Assembly: GCA_964016885.1 (NCBI GenBank) | Contig: OZ024752.1 | Location: 6,944,001 to 7,008,000, forward strand | Direction: 5' to 3' | Source of the DNA: Eledone cirrhosa | Taxonomy: Eukaryota | DNA: 64,000 nt | Shown: positions 1 through 11,800 of the stretch, piece by piece | Layout of the letters: each line of letters begins with the position of its first letter | How positions within the stretch are numbered: position 1 is the stretch's first letter | The notes under the pieces: generated by a model | Databases searched by the model: none | What the model was told of the DNA's origin: nothing | What the model saw: only the letters and a program-made list of their open reading frames with translations | Program-made: the position numbers and the translations under genes

Positions 1-59
1 TATTTCTCTCAAAGTCAGATGTCGCCAGCTTATGTTGTGAATGCACTGAAGCAGGCAAG

Positions 60-468
60 TGTAGGTGCCACCAAGGTAGTAGTAGTAGTAGTGTAGGTGC
101 CACCATGGTAGTAGTAGTAGTAGTAGTTGTAGTAGTGTAGGTGCCACCAAGGTAGTAGTAGTAGTAGTAGTTGTAGTAGTGTAGGTGCCATCAAGTTAGT
201 AGTAGTAGTAGTAGTAGTTGTAGTAGTGTAGGTGCCACCAAGGTAGTAGTAGTAGTAGTAGTTGTAGTAGTGTAGGTGCCACCAAGGTAGTAGTAGTAGT
301 AGTAGTTGTAGTAGTGTAGGTGCCATCAAGTTAGTAGTAGTAGTAGTAGTAGTTGTAGTAGTGTAGGTGCCACCAAGGTAGTAGTAGTAGTAGTAGTTGT
401 AGTAGTGTAGGTGCCATCAAGTTAGTAGTAGTAGTAGTAGTAGTTGTAGTAGTGTAGGTGCCACCAAG
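60..468. repeat. Minisatellite of (TAG)n tracts punctuated by GTGTAGGTGCCACCAAG
   Basis: About 10 directly visible units with variable (TAG)n length; ORF 30-329 is a by-product. Confidence 0.95.
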
Positions 469-621
469 GCGCTTTTGTTTGGATGAAAGCATTCATGGTT
501 TACTTCCAGATAGTAAGATTGGTTGAATTGTTACTTGGAAGAGTTTGATCTTGGTGTGGTTGGAAATATTTGAGCACCAAACTCGATCCATCTTGTTGCA
601 AGTTGACCATTATTATCTACT

Positions 622-803
622 GGTGGATTGGCAGTATCGGTAGAGGGTCAGACACCATGCTTTGATGCATAGAGTTACGGCCCTTGCAATTCTGAGTTCA
701 AATCCCGCCGAGGTTAACTTTGCCTTTCATCCTACCGGGTCGATAAAATAAAGTACCAGTAATGCACTGGGTAATTGCTGGCCTTGTGCCAAAAGTAGAA
801 ACA
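622..803 (+). mobile_element. tRNA-derived SINE, family A
   Basis: A-box-like TGGCAGTATCGG and B-box GAGTTCAAATCCC; 10-bp TSD ATTATCTACT at 612-621 and 804-813; homologous copies at 44309-44495 (-) and 50813-50983 (+). Confidence 0.9.
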
Positions 804-1628
804 ATTATCTACTACACCTACTGAGTATATTTACAAACATGTCATCTAAAAATGAATATTGCTACACTCAATAAAAATGTCTAAATGTATACAGTTTTAA
901 TTTTAGTTCAAAATGTCTAATATAATAAAAGAAAATATGTTATATATCTTCACCTTCAACCAACTTATGGTGGCCAACAACTTTATCTTATTCCATTCTA
1001 ATCTACCGTATCTGCCAACATGAACTTTCTTTCATAATTCTTAACCTAAGTTCACTTATCCATCAGATTATTTCAGACAAGAATTTCCATTCTTGGTACA
1101 AGATGACATAATCACAATCTAACAAATATGTCAAAGATTCCAATATATAATTCTTAAGTTATCTTTGGTTCTATTATTTTAGCAACTAAATTACTAGATT
1201 AGTATTTTTTTATCCCTAGCAGGATTATATGAGTTTAACATCACTAATTTATTCATCTGAAATAGCTGGTATCTGAAATAGAGGTATGGGGGTTGATTCC
1301 TGATATCGACCAATAACAGCTTCTTTTTCCATTTTTAAGGGTCTTCACCGTATTTTATGTAATGATATTATAAATAGAATCTGTATATCATTTTGTATGT
1401 AAAGATTTTGATTATATGATTTACACTTAACGTCGGAGTAATTCGATGTATATAACTCACTCGAAACGTGCAAGGAATTACAATAATTTAAAAATTAATT
1501 TTTCCATCTATATATTTGATTTTATATATATATTGAAAAGACTTGCTGAACACACAAGCCGAAACCGCTTGGTCCCAGGGTCAGGGTTTCACATCTATCT
1601 CTCTCTCAAATATATATATATATATATA

Positions 1629-2472
1629 TCATCATCATCATCATCATCAACGTTTAACGTCCGTGTTCCACGCTTGCATGGGTTTGGACGGGGGTAGTCC
1701 CACTTGAGGCAAGAGTGATTGTCTTGCTCGCATAGGACTGTCTGGCAGGTTTTCTACAGTTGGATGCCCTTCCTAACACCAACCACATTTACAGTGTGGG
1801 TCTGGGAGGTTTTTACCGTGTTGCCTACACGGCCACATTACAGCGTGGACTGTGTGTTTTTTGTCGTGACACCTACACGATCTCATTTGTTTCGGCCTGG
1901 ATGGTGTGGCACCAACATAACTTTACATAGAACGGGGTGGCGTGGATGGGGGGGGGGGGTATTTTGTTAGAGATGCCTACTGGCTGTAGTAGGTTTTACT
2001 ATGTATTTAGGTAAGGCGGGTCTTCTCTGTTACTGAGTACCGCCAAAGGTCTCGGTCCAGTGACATTGTCTTGGAGAGGTGTAAGTGTGTGATGTCGGAG
2101 TTTATCAGCTCGTCCCAGGTTTTTCTGGGTCTGCCTATTCCGTGGCTACCGTCTATCTTTATTGCCCTGCACTTTGTTATACAGCTATCGACTTTCATGC
2201 GCATCACGTGTCCATACCAACGTAGCCTTCTCTCGAGTAAACAACATCTGATCCCTCTTATTTCTAATTTTTTCCTTAGTTCGTTTATGCTTTGCCGTTC
2301 ACGTATATTACTGTTACACATCCAGCGGAGCATGCAAGCTTCGTTCCTCTCTAGTCTGCGTATATCCTCTGCACACAATGCCCAGGTCTCACTGCCATGC
2401 AACATTGCTGTTCGTATGCAGGCATCGTACAACCTGCCTTTCATTTTTAGGGAGAACCCTCTAGCGGCTAGA
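1629..2472 (-). mobile_element. 5'-truncated RTE-type LINE: C-terminal ORF part, 3' UTR and (ATG)n tail
   Basis: ORF 2007-2444 carries RTE C-terminal motifs (LHGSETW, LRWYGHVMR, GRPRKTW); (CAT)n tail at about 1629-1648; near-identical copy at 51994-52545 (+). Confidence 0.9.
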
Positions 2473-2488
2473 TCATATATATATATAT

Positions 2489-2653
2489 AACAAAGAAAGT
2501 GTGGTAAGGAACCAGATGGACCCTAACACACCAGAGTACTCAATACTTAGTGTAGTAGAGTGGGTAATAGGAAAAGAGTCAGGGCCCGGCTGTTTCAACA
2601 ACTAGATCTGATCTAGCTGTCGAGCTCAGCCGTCAGGGTCCTGACTCTTTTCC
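2489..2653 (-). mobile_element. Short (TA)n-embedded fold-back element, family P (putative Penelope-like terminus)
   Basis: Homologous to 20216-20389, 33097-33236, 33712-33847, 51770-51967 and 52556-52736; internal inversion GGAAAAGAGTCAGG...CCTGACTCTTTTCC; (TA)n on both sides. Confidence 0.75.
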
Positions 2654-3186
2654 TATATATATATATCCGCCTCCCTCTCCCCACTCCTCCACCCGCCCCA
2701 AACCCTTCCACCACTTGTTTTACTTCATGTTTATTTTTATTTTTATTATGCTTTTATATTTAATTTCATTTGTACCGTTTCCTCTCACCCCCTTTTTTCT
2801 ATATGTCTCTCCACCACTTCCCTACACACCCTTGGAACTCTCTTCCCACACACTTTTTGCCTGAAGAAGGGCTTATGCCACCCCACTCTCAAGAGCGTGA
2901 AACTAATAAACCTTTGTTCGTACTGCCTCTCTGTTTTGTTCCCGTTCAATTTTTTACTATATATATATATATATATAGTATTAAGGGTACTATTTATGGT
3001 TATGTATGTAATAAAACCTTTGATGGTAATTTATTATATATACACAAACCCTAAATAGTGAGAGATAGTCTTTAATTACTATCCTATTACCAGTAAGATA
3101 AATAGCTCAATGTAATAACATCAGTTGTTATACAGAGCAGTTATATAGAGATTACAGTAATCAAAGTTCAGTTTAAGTCATTTATT

Positions 3187-3233
3187 TGCTTACAATTGTT
3201 TCCTCCAAACCGAGGTTTGGATTCTTCGGAGCA
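3187..3233 (-). ncRNA. Minimal type I hammerhead-like motif in the left PLE arm (variant core CCGAAGA)
   Basis: Reverse complement reads TGCT-CCGAAGA-ATCCAAAC-CTCG-GTTTGGAG-GAAAC-AATT-GTA-AGCA. Confidence 0.65.
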
Positions 3234-4781
3234 GCTATTTATAACATACTTGACCTCCTTTTCAACCCAAGAGACACATAAAACATATGCGCATATTGAT
3301 CAACAGTGGGGTGACATTCATCAAATGAAATAGCATGGCAATTTACATATAAAGTGTTACATGATAAAAATAAAATAAAATAAAATAAAAGCATGAGTGA
3401 AAATAAGAGTGAAAATAAAGATAAACATGAAGCGTTGACAGTCTATGAAGATAAAGCAAGAGGAAAGCTTAGAGTAGACAGTGCATGAAGCAATCTCCCG
3501 TGTAGCATGCACGCTTGTCTTATCTATACATGATTAGAGTGCGTCAGAATGATATTTGCAGGGTCAGGCAGTTGAAGCAGGCAATCGATCTTATTACATA
3601 GGCTGAATTATTAAGTCATTTATTCTCATACATCTGTATGATATACAGTCTCGGATGCGGGGAAACACCAAAATGTCAAAAACCTTCAACATACTATAAA
3701 CCTTATTGTATCGTAGGCAAGGTCGTACCACTGTCCTTGCTCACACCACCACTCACATAATCCATGAGACGCAATATATATATAGAGAACACGCGTCTAT
3801 CGTATAATTCGCAGTGGTTCAGCATATAGTCAAGCTATAAACCGTATCCAGTCAGTTCTTAATTAATATATCATGCTGTCCAAATTCCGGAAGTGCCTGA
3901 ATGATTAAGGGGAATTAATGCGTAAGGGGAGGTAACTAGCTAGTTATTTTAGTTACATTACTATGCTAAACTACATTAATGGTGATTCAAATACGTGCCT
4001 ATCATGTGAAGTTATAACTAATATCTAGAGTATGGTACCCATTTATAGGTTAGAGAGTTGTTCATTGAGAAGTACAAGGGTGTATATACTAGGATGATTG
4101 CCAACCATTAATTAAGGGGTGTCATATCTGGACGTTCTATAAGAGGAGTCAGACTCTCAAGTCACTGCTCCATGCAAATGTAATATAACAGTAGGACCTG
4201 GTATGGTCCCACTATTATATATGCCACCCGGTAGGCTCCGGGTCATTGCTTGCCTGCATCTCCAGTAAATCTTCGGTATGGTCCGGAGATCCGATCTCTC
4301 ATATAAATTCACTAGTCTGGCCATCAGGTAATAGACAACCCCCGTCTCAAATATAAATCAATTATGTATCACATCTCCAAGCTAGAGTGGAGTCTATTAA
4401 TAGGTATTAAAGGAGTCCACATCAAGATGATTACGTGCATAATTCAATGAGCTGATCGCCTACAGTATATAATCACTTAACAATACGATTATCTATCTAA
4501 TCATCAATCTATCTCTTGGTGGTAATCTATGCACAGGACTATGCTATCACAACCAGTACCGTGTCACCAGTTTATACTAATCTTATATTTGTGCAATGCA
4601 GAATAAGTAGTCCACGGTCGGGACATCAGTATTAGAGGTACAAGGGGGTATTCCCAGGGTAGGTGGCACTCAAATGCTGTCAGTATTATCTTTAGAGTAT
4701 AGAGATGGGTGTGGATGTGAGGTGTAAGGTGTGCTACTGATGTTAATTGCTAGGGGTGGTGCCGGTTCCAGTCTGACATTA

Positions 4782-6177
4782 TTATATATAGGGTTTAAAG
4801 TTTTGGAACGAGTGTCGGAAGCGGTGTTGGCAATTTGCGAACACTTCTGATTTTTTATTATGGAGATTATGTTTAGAGAAGATGATAGTATGGGTCTCTA
4901 GTAGACAGAGGTTACAAAATTTATCAGGTGGTTTGTACGATGTTGCACTACCTACCACTTCCCATTTAAGTGTATATATTTTATTTTTAGTTTTTAGATA
5001 GTGTATGTAGCTAGATAGTGAAGTGGAGTTGGCTAGACTGTGTTTTTTGAAAGAGTGGAGGTGCGAATTGTATCTAGTTTTGAAGCAGTTAGAAGTGGAG
5101 CCTATGTAGGTTTCAGAAGAGCTGTTAGTTGTGACTGTACATGAGTATATGATATCCTTGGTTAAGCATTTTTTATCTAAAGGGCAGGTTCTACTTGATC
5201 TACAGTTACAATTATCCTGGGTGCTAGTCTGCCGGTTACTATGCTGTGTAGAAGTTTGGAGGTTAGCTATAGGGTTATGGTTATGCGGGTTGTGGTACGC
5301 AGCGTTAATGATTACACTAGTGCTATTACTACTATTTCCATTGATATTACGGTTATTTGTTATAATGTTACTTTGACTGTTATTTTGAATGTTATTTTGA
5401 AGGTTTATCGACCGTTGGGATTTAGTTTGTTGGAAGTAAGAATTAATTTTACTTTTATTTGTACTAGCTATGTGGTATGCTAAGTTAGGCGTAGTAGAGT
5501 ATGAGATCTTAATAGTGTTTTTGTTTAAAAGGCCGTGGTACCTGTGGCCGGATGGGAAGTGTTTATCTAGTAGTGAGAAGAAAGCCCTAGGAAGGTTGGT
5601 AGAGACGTTTAAATTGAAAGGAGGGTTGAAAAATGTATTATTTCTTCTTCTATTTCTGTTTTTTATGTCTGGTGATTTGTTTCCTTTAATGTTCCTATAG
5701 TCATTTCTGTGGTGCGGGTTACTCTTGTTGTTACAATCCCTATTAGTGTGTGTGCAGTTGCTATTCCTATTATTAAATTTTCCCATGGACATGTTGTGTG
5801 AAATGATGTTGTAGCTATGTGTTTTTGTAGGTAGGAACTCTATCCCTGTATTATGGCCTGATCTAACTAATGCCTGATTATAATACTGCGAGTTATTGTT
5901 AAATGTGTTTATGTCATAGGATAGATTAGAGATTCTATTAGATACTCCCTTAGAGATAGAGTTCAATATAGATTTAGGGTGGTTAGACTTGGTATCTACG
6001 TAGATGAGTTTTTCATTAGGTTTGTGGAAAGTTGCATATATCATTGAGTCTAAGTAGAGTGTGGCGTCTAGGAAGTTGACGTTTTTGGTGTTTTTGTTCA
6101 TGGTAATACTAAGGTTAAAGTTTTTGAATGTTTTGTGCAATAGTTTTCTAGTCCTTTCTATATTGAATTTTTTATAG
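4782..6177 (-). pseudogene. PLE polyprotein fragment: end of RT/thumb, Cys linker and GIY-YIG endonuclease
   Basis: VNFLDATL and YVDTKSNHP (PLE RT C-terminus), FFNPPFN, CNCRSSRTCPLDKKC, IIY...YIGST...RYNSH, CNLCLLE; the catalytic RT core is absent; the first codons of the tracked ORF come from the inverted arm. Confidence 0.9.
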
Positions 6178-7312
6178 TCTAGCTTGGAGATGTGATACAT
6201 AATTGATTTATATTTGAGACGGGGGTTGTCTATTACCTGATGGCCAGACTAGTGCATTTATATGAGAGATCGGATCTCCGGACCATACCGAAGATTTACT
6301 GGAGATGCAGGCAAGCAATGACCCGGAGCCTACCGGGTGGCATATATAATAGTGGGACCATACCAGGTCCTACTGTTATATTACATTTGCATGGAGCAGT
6401 GACTTGAGAGTCTGACTCCTCTTATAGAACGTCCAGATATGACACCCCTTAATTAATGGTTGGCAATCATCCTAGTATATACACCCTTGTACTTCTCAAT
6501 GAACAACTCTCTAACCTATAAATGGGTACCATACTCTAGATATTAGTTATAACTTCACATGATAGGCACGTATTTGAATCACCATTAATGTAGTTTAGCA
6601 TAGTAATGTAACTAAAATAACTAGCTAGTTACCTCCCCTTACGCATTAATTCCCCTTAATCATTCAGGCACTTCCGGAATTTGGACAGCATGATATATTA
6701 ATTAAGAACTGACTGGATACGGTTTATAGCTTGACTATATGCTGAACCACTGCGAATTATACGATAGATATATTGCGTCTCATGGATTATGTGAGTGGTG
6801 GTGTGAGCAAGGACAGTGGTACGACCTTGCCTACGATACAATAAGGTTTATAGTATGTTGAAGGTTTTTGACATTTTGGTGTTTCCCCGCATCCGAGACT
6901 GTATATCATACAGATGTATGAGAATAAATGACTTAATAATTCAGCCTATGTAATAAGATCGATTGCCTGCTTCAACTGCCTGACCCTGCAAATATCATTC
7001 TGACGCACTCTAATCATGTATAGATAAGACAAGCGTGCATGCTACACGGGAGATTGCTTCATGCACTGTCTACTCTAAGCTTTCCTCTTGCTTTATCTTC
7101 ATAGACTGCCAACGCTTCATGTTTATCTTTATTTTCACTCTTATTTTCACTCCTGCTTTTATTTTATTTTATTTTATTTTTATCATGTAACACTTTATAT
7201 GTAAATTGCCATGCTATTTCATTTGATGAATGTCACCCCACTGTTGATCAATATGCGCATATGTTTTATGTGTCTCTTGGGTTGAAAAGAGGTCAAGTAT
7301 GTTATAAATAGC

Positions 7313-7359
7313 TGCTCCGAAGAATCCAAACCTCGGTTTGGAGGAAACAATTGTAAGCA
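7313..7359 (+). ncRNA. Minimal type I hammerhead-like motif in the right PLE arm
   Basis: Stem I TGCT/AGCA, core CCGAAGA, stem II TCCAAAC/GTTTGGA, GAAA, palindromic stem III region ACAATTGT. Confidence 0.65.
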
Positions 7360-7420
7360 AATAAATGACTTAAACTGAACTTTGATTATTGTAATCTCTC
7401 TCTCTCTCTATATATATATA

Positions 7421-7810
7421 TATTAAGTATTAATAAAATAGATGTTCTTTTGATCATTTACATTTTATTATTCATATTTTGGATGTACAACAGTACGTCC
7501 TCATCAGACAAAATATAATGATACATGACACACCCTGAGATGTTAAATGGTTAAGATTTAATCAAGGTAGTTGATTAAATCTTAACCATTTAACATCTCA
7601 GGGTGGGTGTGTCATGTATCATTATATTTTGTCTGATGAGGACGTACTGTTGTACATCCGAAATATGAATAATAAAATGTAAGTGATCAAAAGAACATCT
7701 ATTTTATTAATACTTAATATTAATAACTCCAGAAAATTATTTTCCGTAGAGTGCTTCCAATCTACTGAAAAACTCATTCTTTGACATAATCATTGAATAT
7801 TGTTTAACAA

Positions 7811-7815
<5 letters not shown>
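7421..7815 (+). mobile_element. Fold-back short element, family H1, with hammerhead motif, in (TA)n
   Basis: About 145-bp inverted arms centred on 7566-7570 plus a unique tail of about 95 bp; an uninverted copy lies at 16746-16993. Confidence 0.85.
7626..7678 (+). ncRNA. Type I hammerhead ribozyme motif
   Basis: ATTTTGT-CTGATGA-GGACGTAC-TGTT-GTACATCC-GAAA-TATGAA-TA-ATAAAAT. Confidence 0.75.
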
Positions 7816-7845
<30 letters not shown>

Positions 7846-8110
7846 TAAATCTACCACTCAATGGTAGGGTCTAAACCGTATAAAGAACTCAATGTAATCT
7901 GTATGTAGAAGATGTCGTGAAGCAAAGTTTAAAATACAAACATTTTTTTATAGTGAAGACGTATGTATTTTTTCTCACTATGATATTTTGTAATATGTTT
8001 TACATAGATCAATAATTGAATGAACATACAGAGAACTACCCCCCAGAAACGATCGTAAAATAATGTTTTAATACGAATTAACAGTTTTGTGTTTAATTTC
8101 ATTGTTTTAA

Positions 8111-8167
<57 letters not shown>

Positions 8168-8168
<1 letters not shown>

Positions 8169-8347
8169 AAGCACCCACCACACACTGTAGATGTGGTTGG
8201 CGCAAGGCAGGGCATCCAGCTATAGAAAACTAGCCAGATACCGTCCTATATTAGTGAGACATGGTCACTTGACCCAACTTACCTCTAAATGGGACAAACC
8301 TGTCTAACCCATGCTAGAGTGGAAGATAGACATTAAATGATGATGAT

Positions 8348-8378
<31 letters not shown>

Positions 8379-8512
8379 AGCACCCAGCACTCACTGTAAA
8401 TGAGGTTGGTGTTAGGAAGGGCATCCAGCTGTAGAATCATTTCAGAATCAGTTCCCGTCCCACCCTGGCAAGCAGGAAAAAGCGGACTTAAAAATGATGA
8501 TGATGATGATGA
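8168..8512 (+). mobile_element. Two short elements sharing the RTE 3' UTR, each with an (ATG)n tail
   Basis: GGTTGGYGTTAGGAAGGGCATCCAGC motif and (ATG)n tails, shared with the RTE LINE at 1629-2472. Confidence 0.75.
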
Positions 8513-8817
8513 TACATAAAAGGTCAATTATCCAAGTTGATGATACAATTGGTTGGATACGTGAGAACATTTCTATATTATAATGATAATATTTAGTTAT
8601 TCTGAAGATTTCTCTACAAAGGAATTAAATGCTACATCCTTTGTAGTTGAATAAAACATATGGAAAACAATTAAATAATCTATCAATGTATTGAACCTAC
8701 GTGATTTTTTTCCATATATATAGCAGTAGTGATAGTATTATGTGCTGTAGTGATGGTGGTAGTAGTAGTATCATGTGAATTAGTGGTGGTATTAGTAGTA
8801 CTATGTGATGAAGTACT

Positions 8818-11800
8818 AACCAGTAAACCATGTCACCACTAGACAATACTGTAGTCACTCTCTCTAACCACTAAACTATGTCACCACTAGACAATACTGT
8901 AGTCACTCTCTCTAACCACTAAACTATGTCACCACTAGACAATACTGTAGTCACTCTCTCTAACCAGTAAACCATGTCACCAGTAGACAATACTGTAGTC
9001 ACTCTCTCTAACCAGTAAACCATGTCACCACTAGACAATACTGTAGTCACTCTCTCTAACCACTAAACTATGTCACCACTAGACAACACTGTAGTCACTC
9101 TCTCCAACCACTAAACTATGTCACCACTAGACAACACTGTAGTCACTCTCTCTAACCACTAAACTATGTCACCACTAGACAATACTGTAGTCACTCTCTC
9201 TAACCACTAAACTATGTCACCACTAGACATTACTGTAGTCACTCTCTCTAACCACTAAACTATGTCACCACTAGACATTACTGTAGTCACTCTCTCTAAC
9301 CACTAAACTATGTCACCACTAGACAATACTGTAGTCACTCTCTCTAACCACTAAACTATGTCACCACCAGACAATACTGTAGTCACTCTCTCTAACCACT
9401 AAACTATGTCACCACTAGACATTACTGTAGTCACTCTCTCTAACCACTAAACTATGTCACCACTAGACAACACTGTAGTCACTCTCTCTAACCACTAAAC
9501 TATGTCACCACCAGACAATACTGTAGTCACTCTCTCTAACCACTAAACTATGTCACCACTAGACAAACTGTAGTCACTCTCTCTAACCACTAGACAATAC
9601 TGTAGTCACTCTCTCTAACCACTAAACTATGTCACCAGTAGACAACACTGTAGTCACTCTCTAACCACTAAACCATGTCACCACTAGACATTACTGTAGT
9701 TACTCTCTCTAACCACTAAACTATGTCACCACTAGACAATACTGTAGTCACTCTCTCTAACCACTAAACCATGTCACCACTAGACAACACTGTAGTCACT
9801 CTCTCTAACCACTAAACCATGTCACCACTAGACAACACTGTAGTCACTCTCTCTAACCACTAAACCATGTCACCACTAGACAACACTGTAGTCACTCTCT
9901 CTAACCACTAAACTATGTCACCACTAGACAATGCTGTAGTCACTCTCTCTAACCACTAAACTATGTCACCACTAGACAACACTGTAGTCACTCTCTCTAA
10001 CCACTAAACTATGTCACCACTAGACAATACTGTAGTCACTCTCTCTAACCACTAAACCATGTCACCACTAGACCACACTGTAGTCACTCTCTCTAACCAC
10101 TAAACTATGTCACCACTGTAGTCACTGTCTAACCACTAAACTATGTCACCACTAGACAATACTGTAGTCACTCTCTCTAACCACTAAACTATGTCACCAC
10201 TAGACAATACTGTAGTCACTCTCTCTAACCATTAAACCATGTCACCACTAGACAACACTGTAGTCACTCTCTCCAACCACTAAACTATGTCACCACTAGA
10301 CAACACTGTAGTCACTCTCTCTAACCACTAAACTATGTCACCACTAGACAATACTGTAGTCACTCTCTCTAACCACTAAACCATGTCACCACTAGACCAC
10401 ACTGTAGTCACTCTCTCTAACCACTAAACTATGTCACCACTAGACATTACTGTAGTCACTCTCTCTAACCACTAAACCATGTCACCACTAGACCACACTG
10501 TAGTCACTCTCTCTAACCACTAAACTATGTCACCACTAAACAACACTGTAGTCACTCTCTCTAACCACTAAACCATGTCACCACTAGACAACACTGTAGT
10601 CACTCTCTCTAACCACTAAACTATGTCACCACTAGACAACACTGTAGTCACTCTCTCTAACCACTAAACTATGTCACCACTAGACAACACTGTAGTCACT
10701 CTCTCTAACCACTAAACTATGTCACCACTAGACAACACTGTAGTCACTCTCTCTAACCACTAAACTATGTCACCAGTAGACAACACTGTAGTCACTCTCT
10801 CTAACCACTAAACTATGTCACCACTAGACAACACTGTAGTCACTCTCTCTAACCACTAAACTATGTCACCAGTAGACAACACTGTAGTCACTCTCTCTAA
10901 CCACTAAACTATGTCACCACTAGACAATACTATAGTCACTCTCTCTAACCACTAAACTATGTCACCACTAGACAACACTGTAGTCACTCTCTCTAACCAC
11001 TAAACCATGTCACCACTAGACAATACTGTAGTCACTCTCTCTAACAACTAAACTATGTCACCACTAGACAATACTGTAGTCACTCTCTCTAACCAGTAAA
11101 CCATGTCACCACTAGACAATACTGTAGTCACTCTCTCTAACCACTAAACCATGTCACCACTAGACAATACTGTAGTCACTCTCTCTAACAACTAGACAAT
11201 ACTGTAGTCACTCTCTCTAACCACTAAACTATGTCACCACTAGACAATACTATAGTCACTCTCTCTAACCACTAAACTATGTCACCACTAGACAATACTG
11301 TAGTCACTCTCTCTAACCACTAAACTATGTCACCACTAGACAATACTGTAGTCACTCTCTCTAACCACTAGACAACACTGTAGTCACTCTCTCTAACCAC
11401 TAAACCATGTCACCACTAGACAACACTGTAGTCACTCTCTCTAACCACTAAACTATGTCACCACTAGACAACACTGTAGTCACTCTCTCTAACCACTAAA
11501 CTATGTCACCACTAGACAACACTGTAGTCACTCTCTCTAACCACTAAACTATGTCACCACTAGACAACACTGTAGTCACTCTCTCTAACCACTAAACTAT
11601 GTCACCAGTAGACAACACTGTAGTCACTCTCTCTAACCACTAAACTATGTCACCACTAGACAATACTATAGTCACTCTCTCTAACCACTAAACTATGTCA
11701 CCACTAGACAATACTGTAGTTACTCTCTCTCTAACCACTAAACCATGTCACCACTAGATAATACTGTAGTCACTCTCTCTAACCACTAAACCATGTCACC

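Larger units (their letters stand above)
2978..7399 (-). mobile_element. Penelope-like element (PLE), 5'-truncated, with an inverted copy of its 3' region (pseudo-LTR)
   Basis: RT C-terminus plus GIY-YIG ORF; 3147-4386 is repeated in inverted orientation at 6178-7399; hammerhead-like motif in each arm; (TA)n/(TC)n flanks. Confidence 0.9.
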
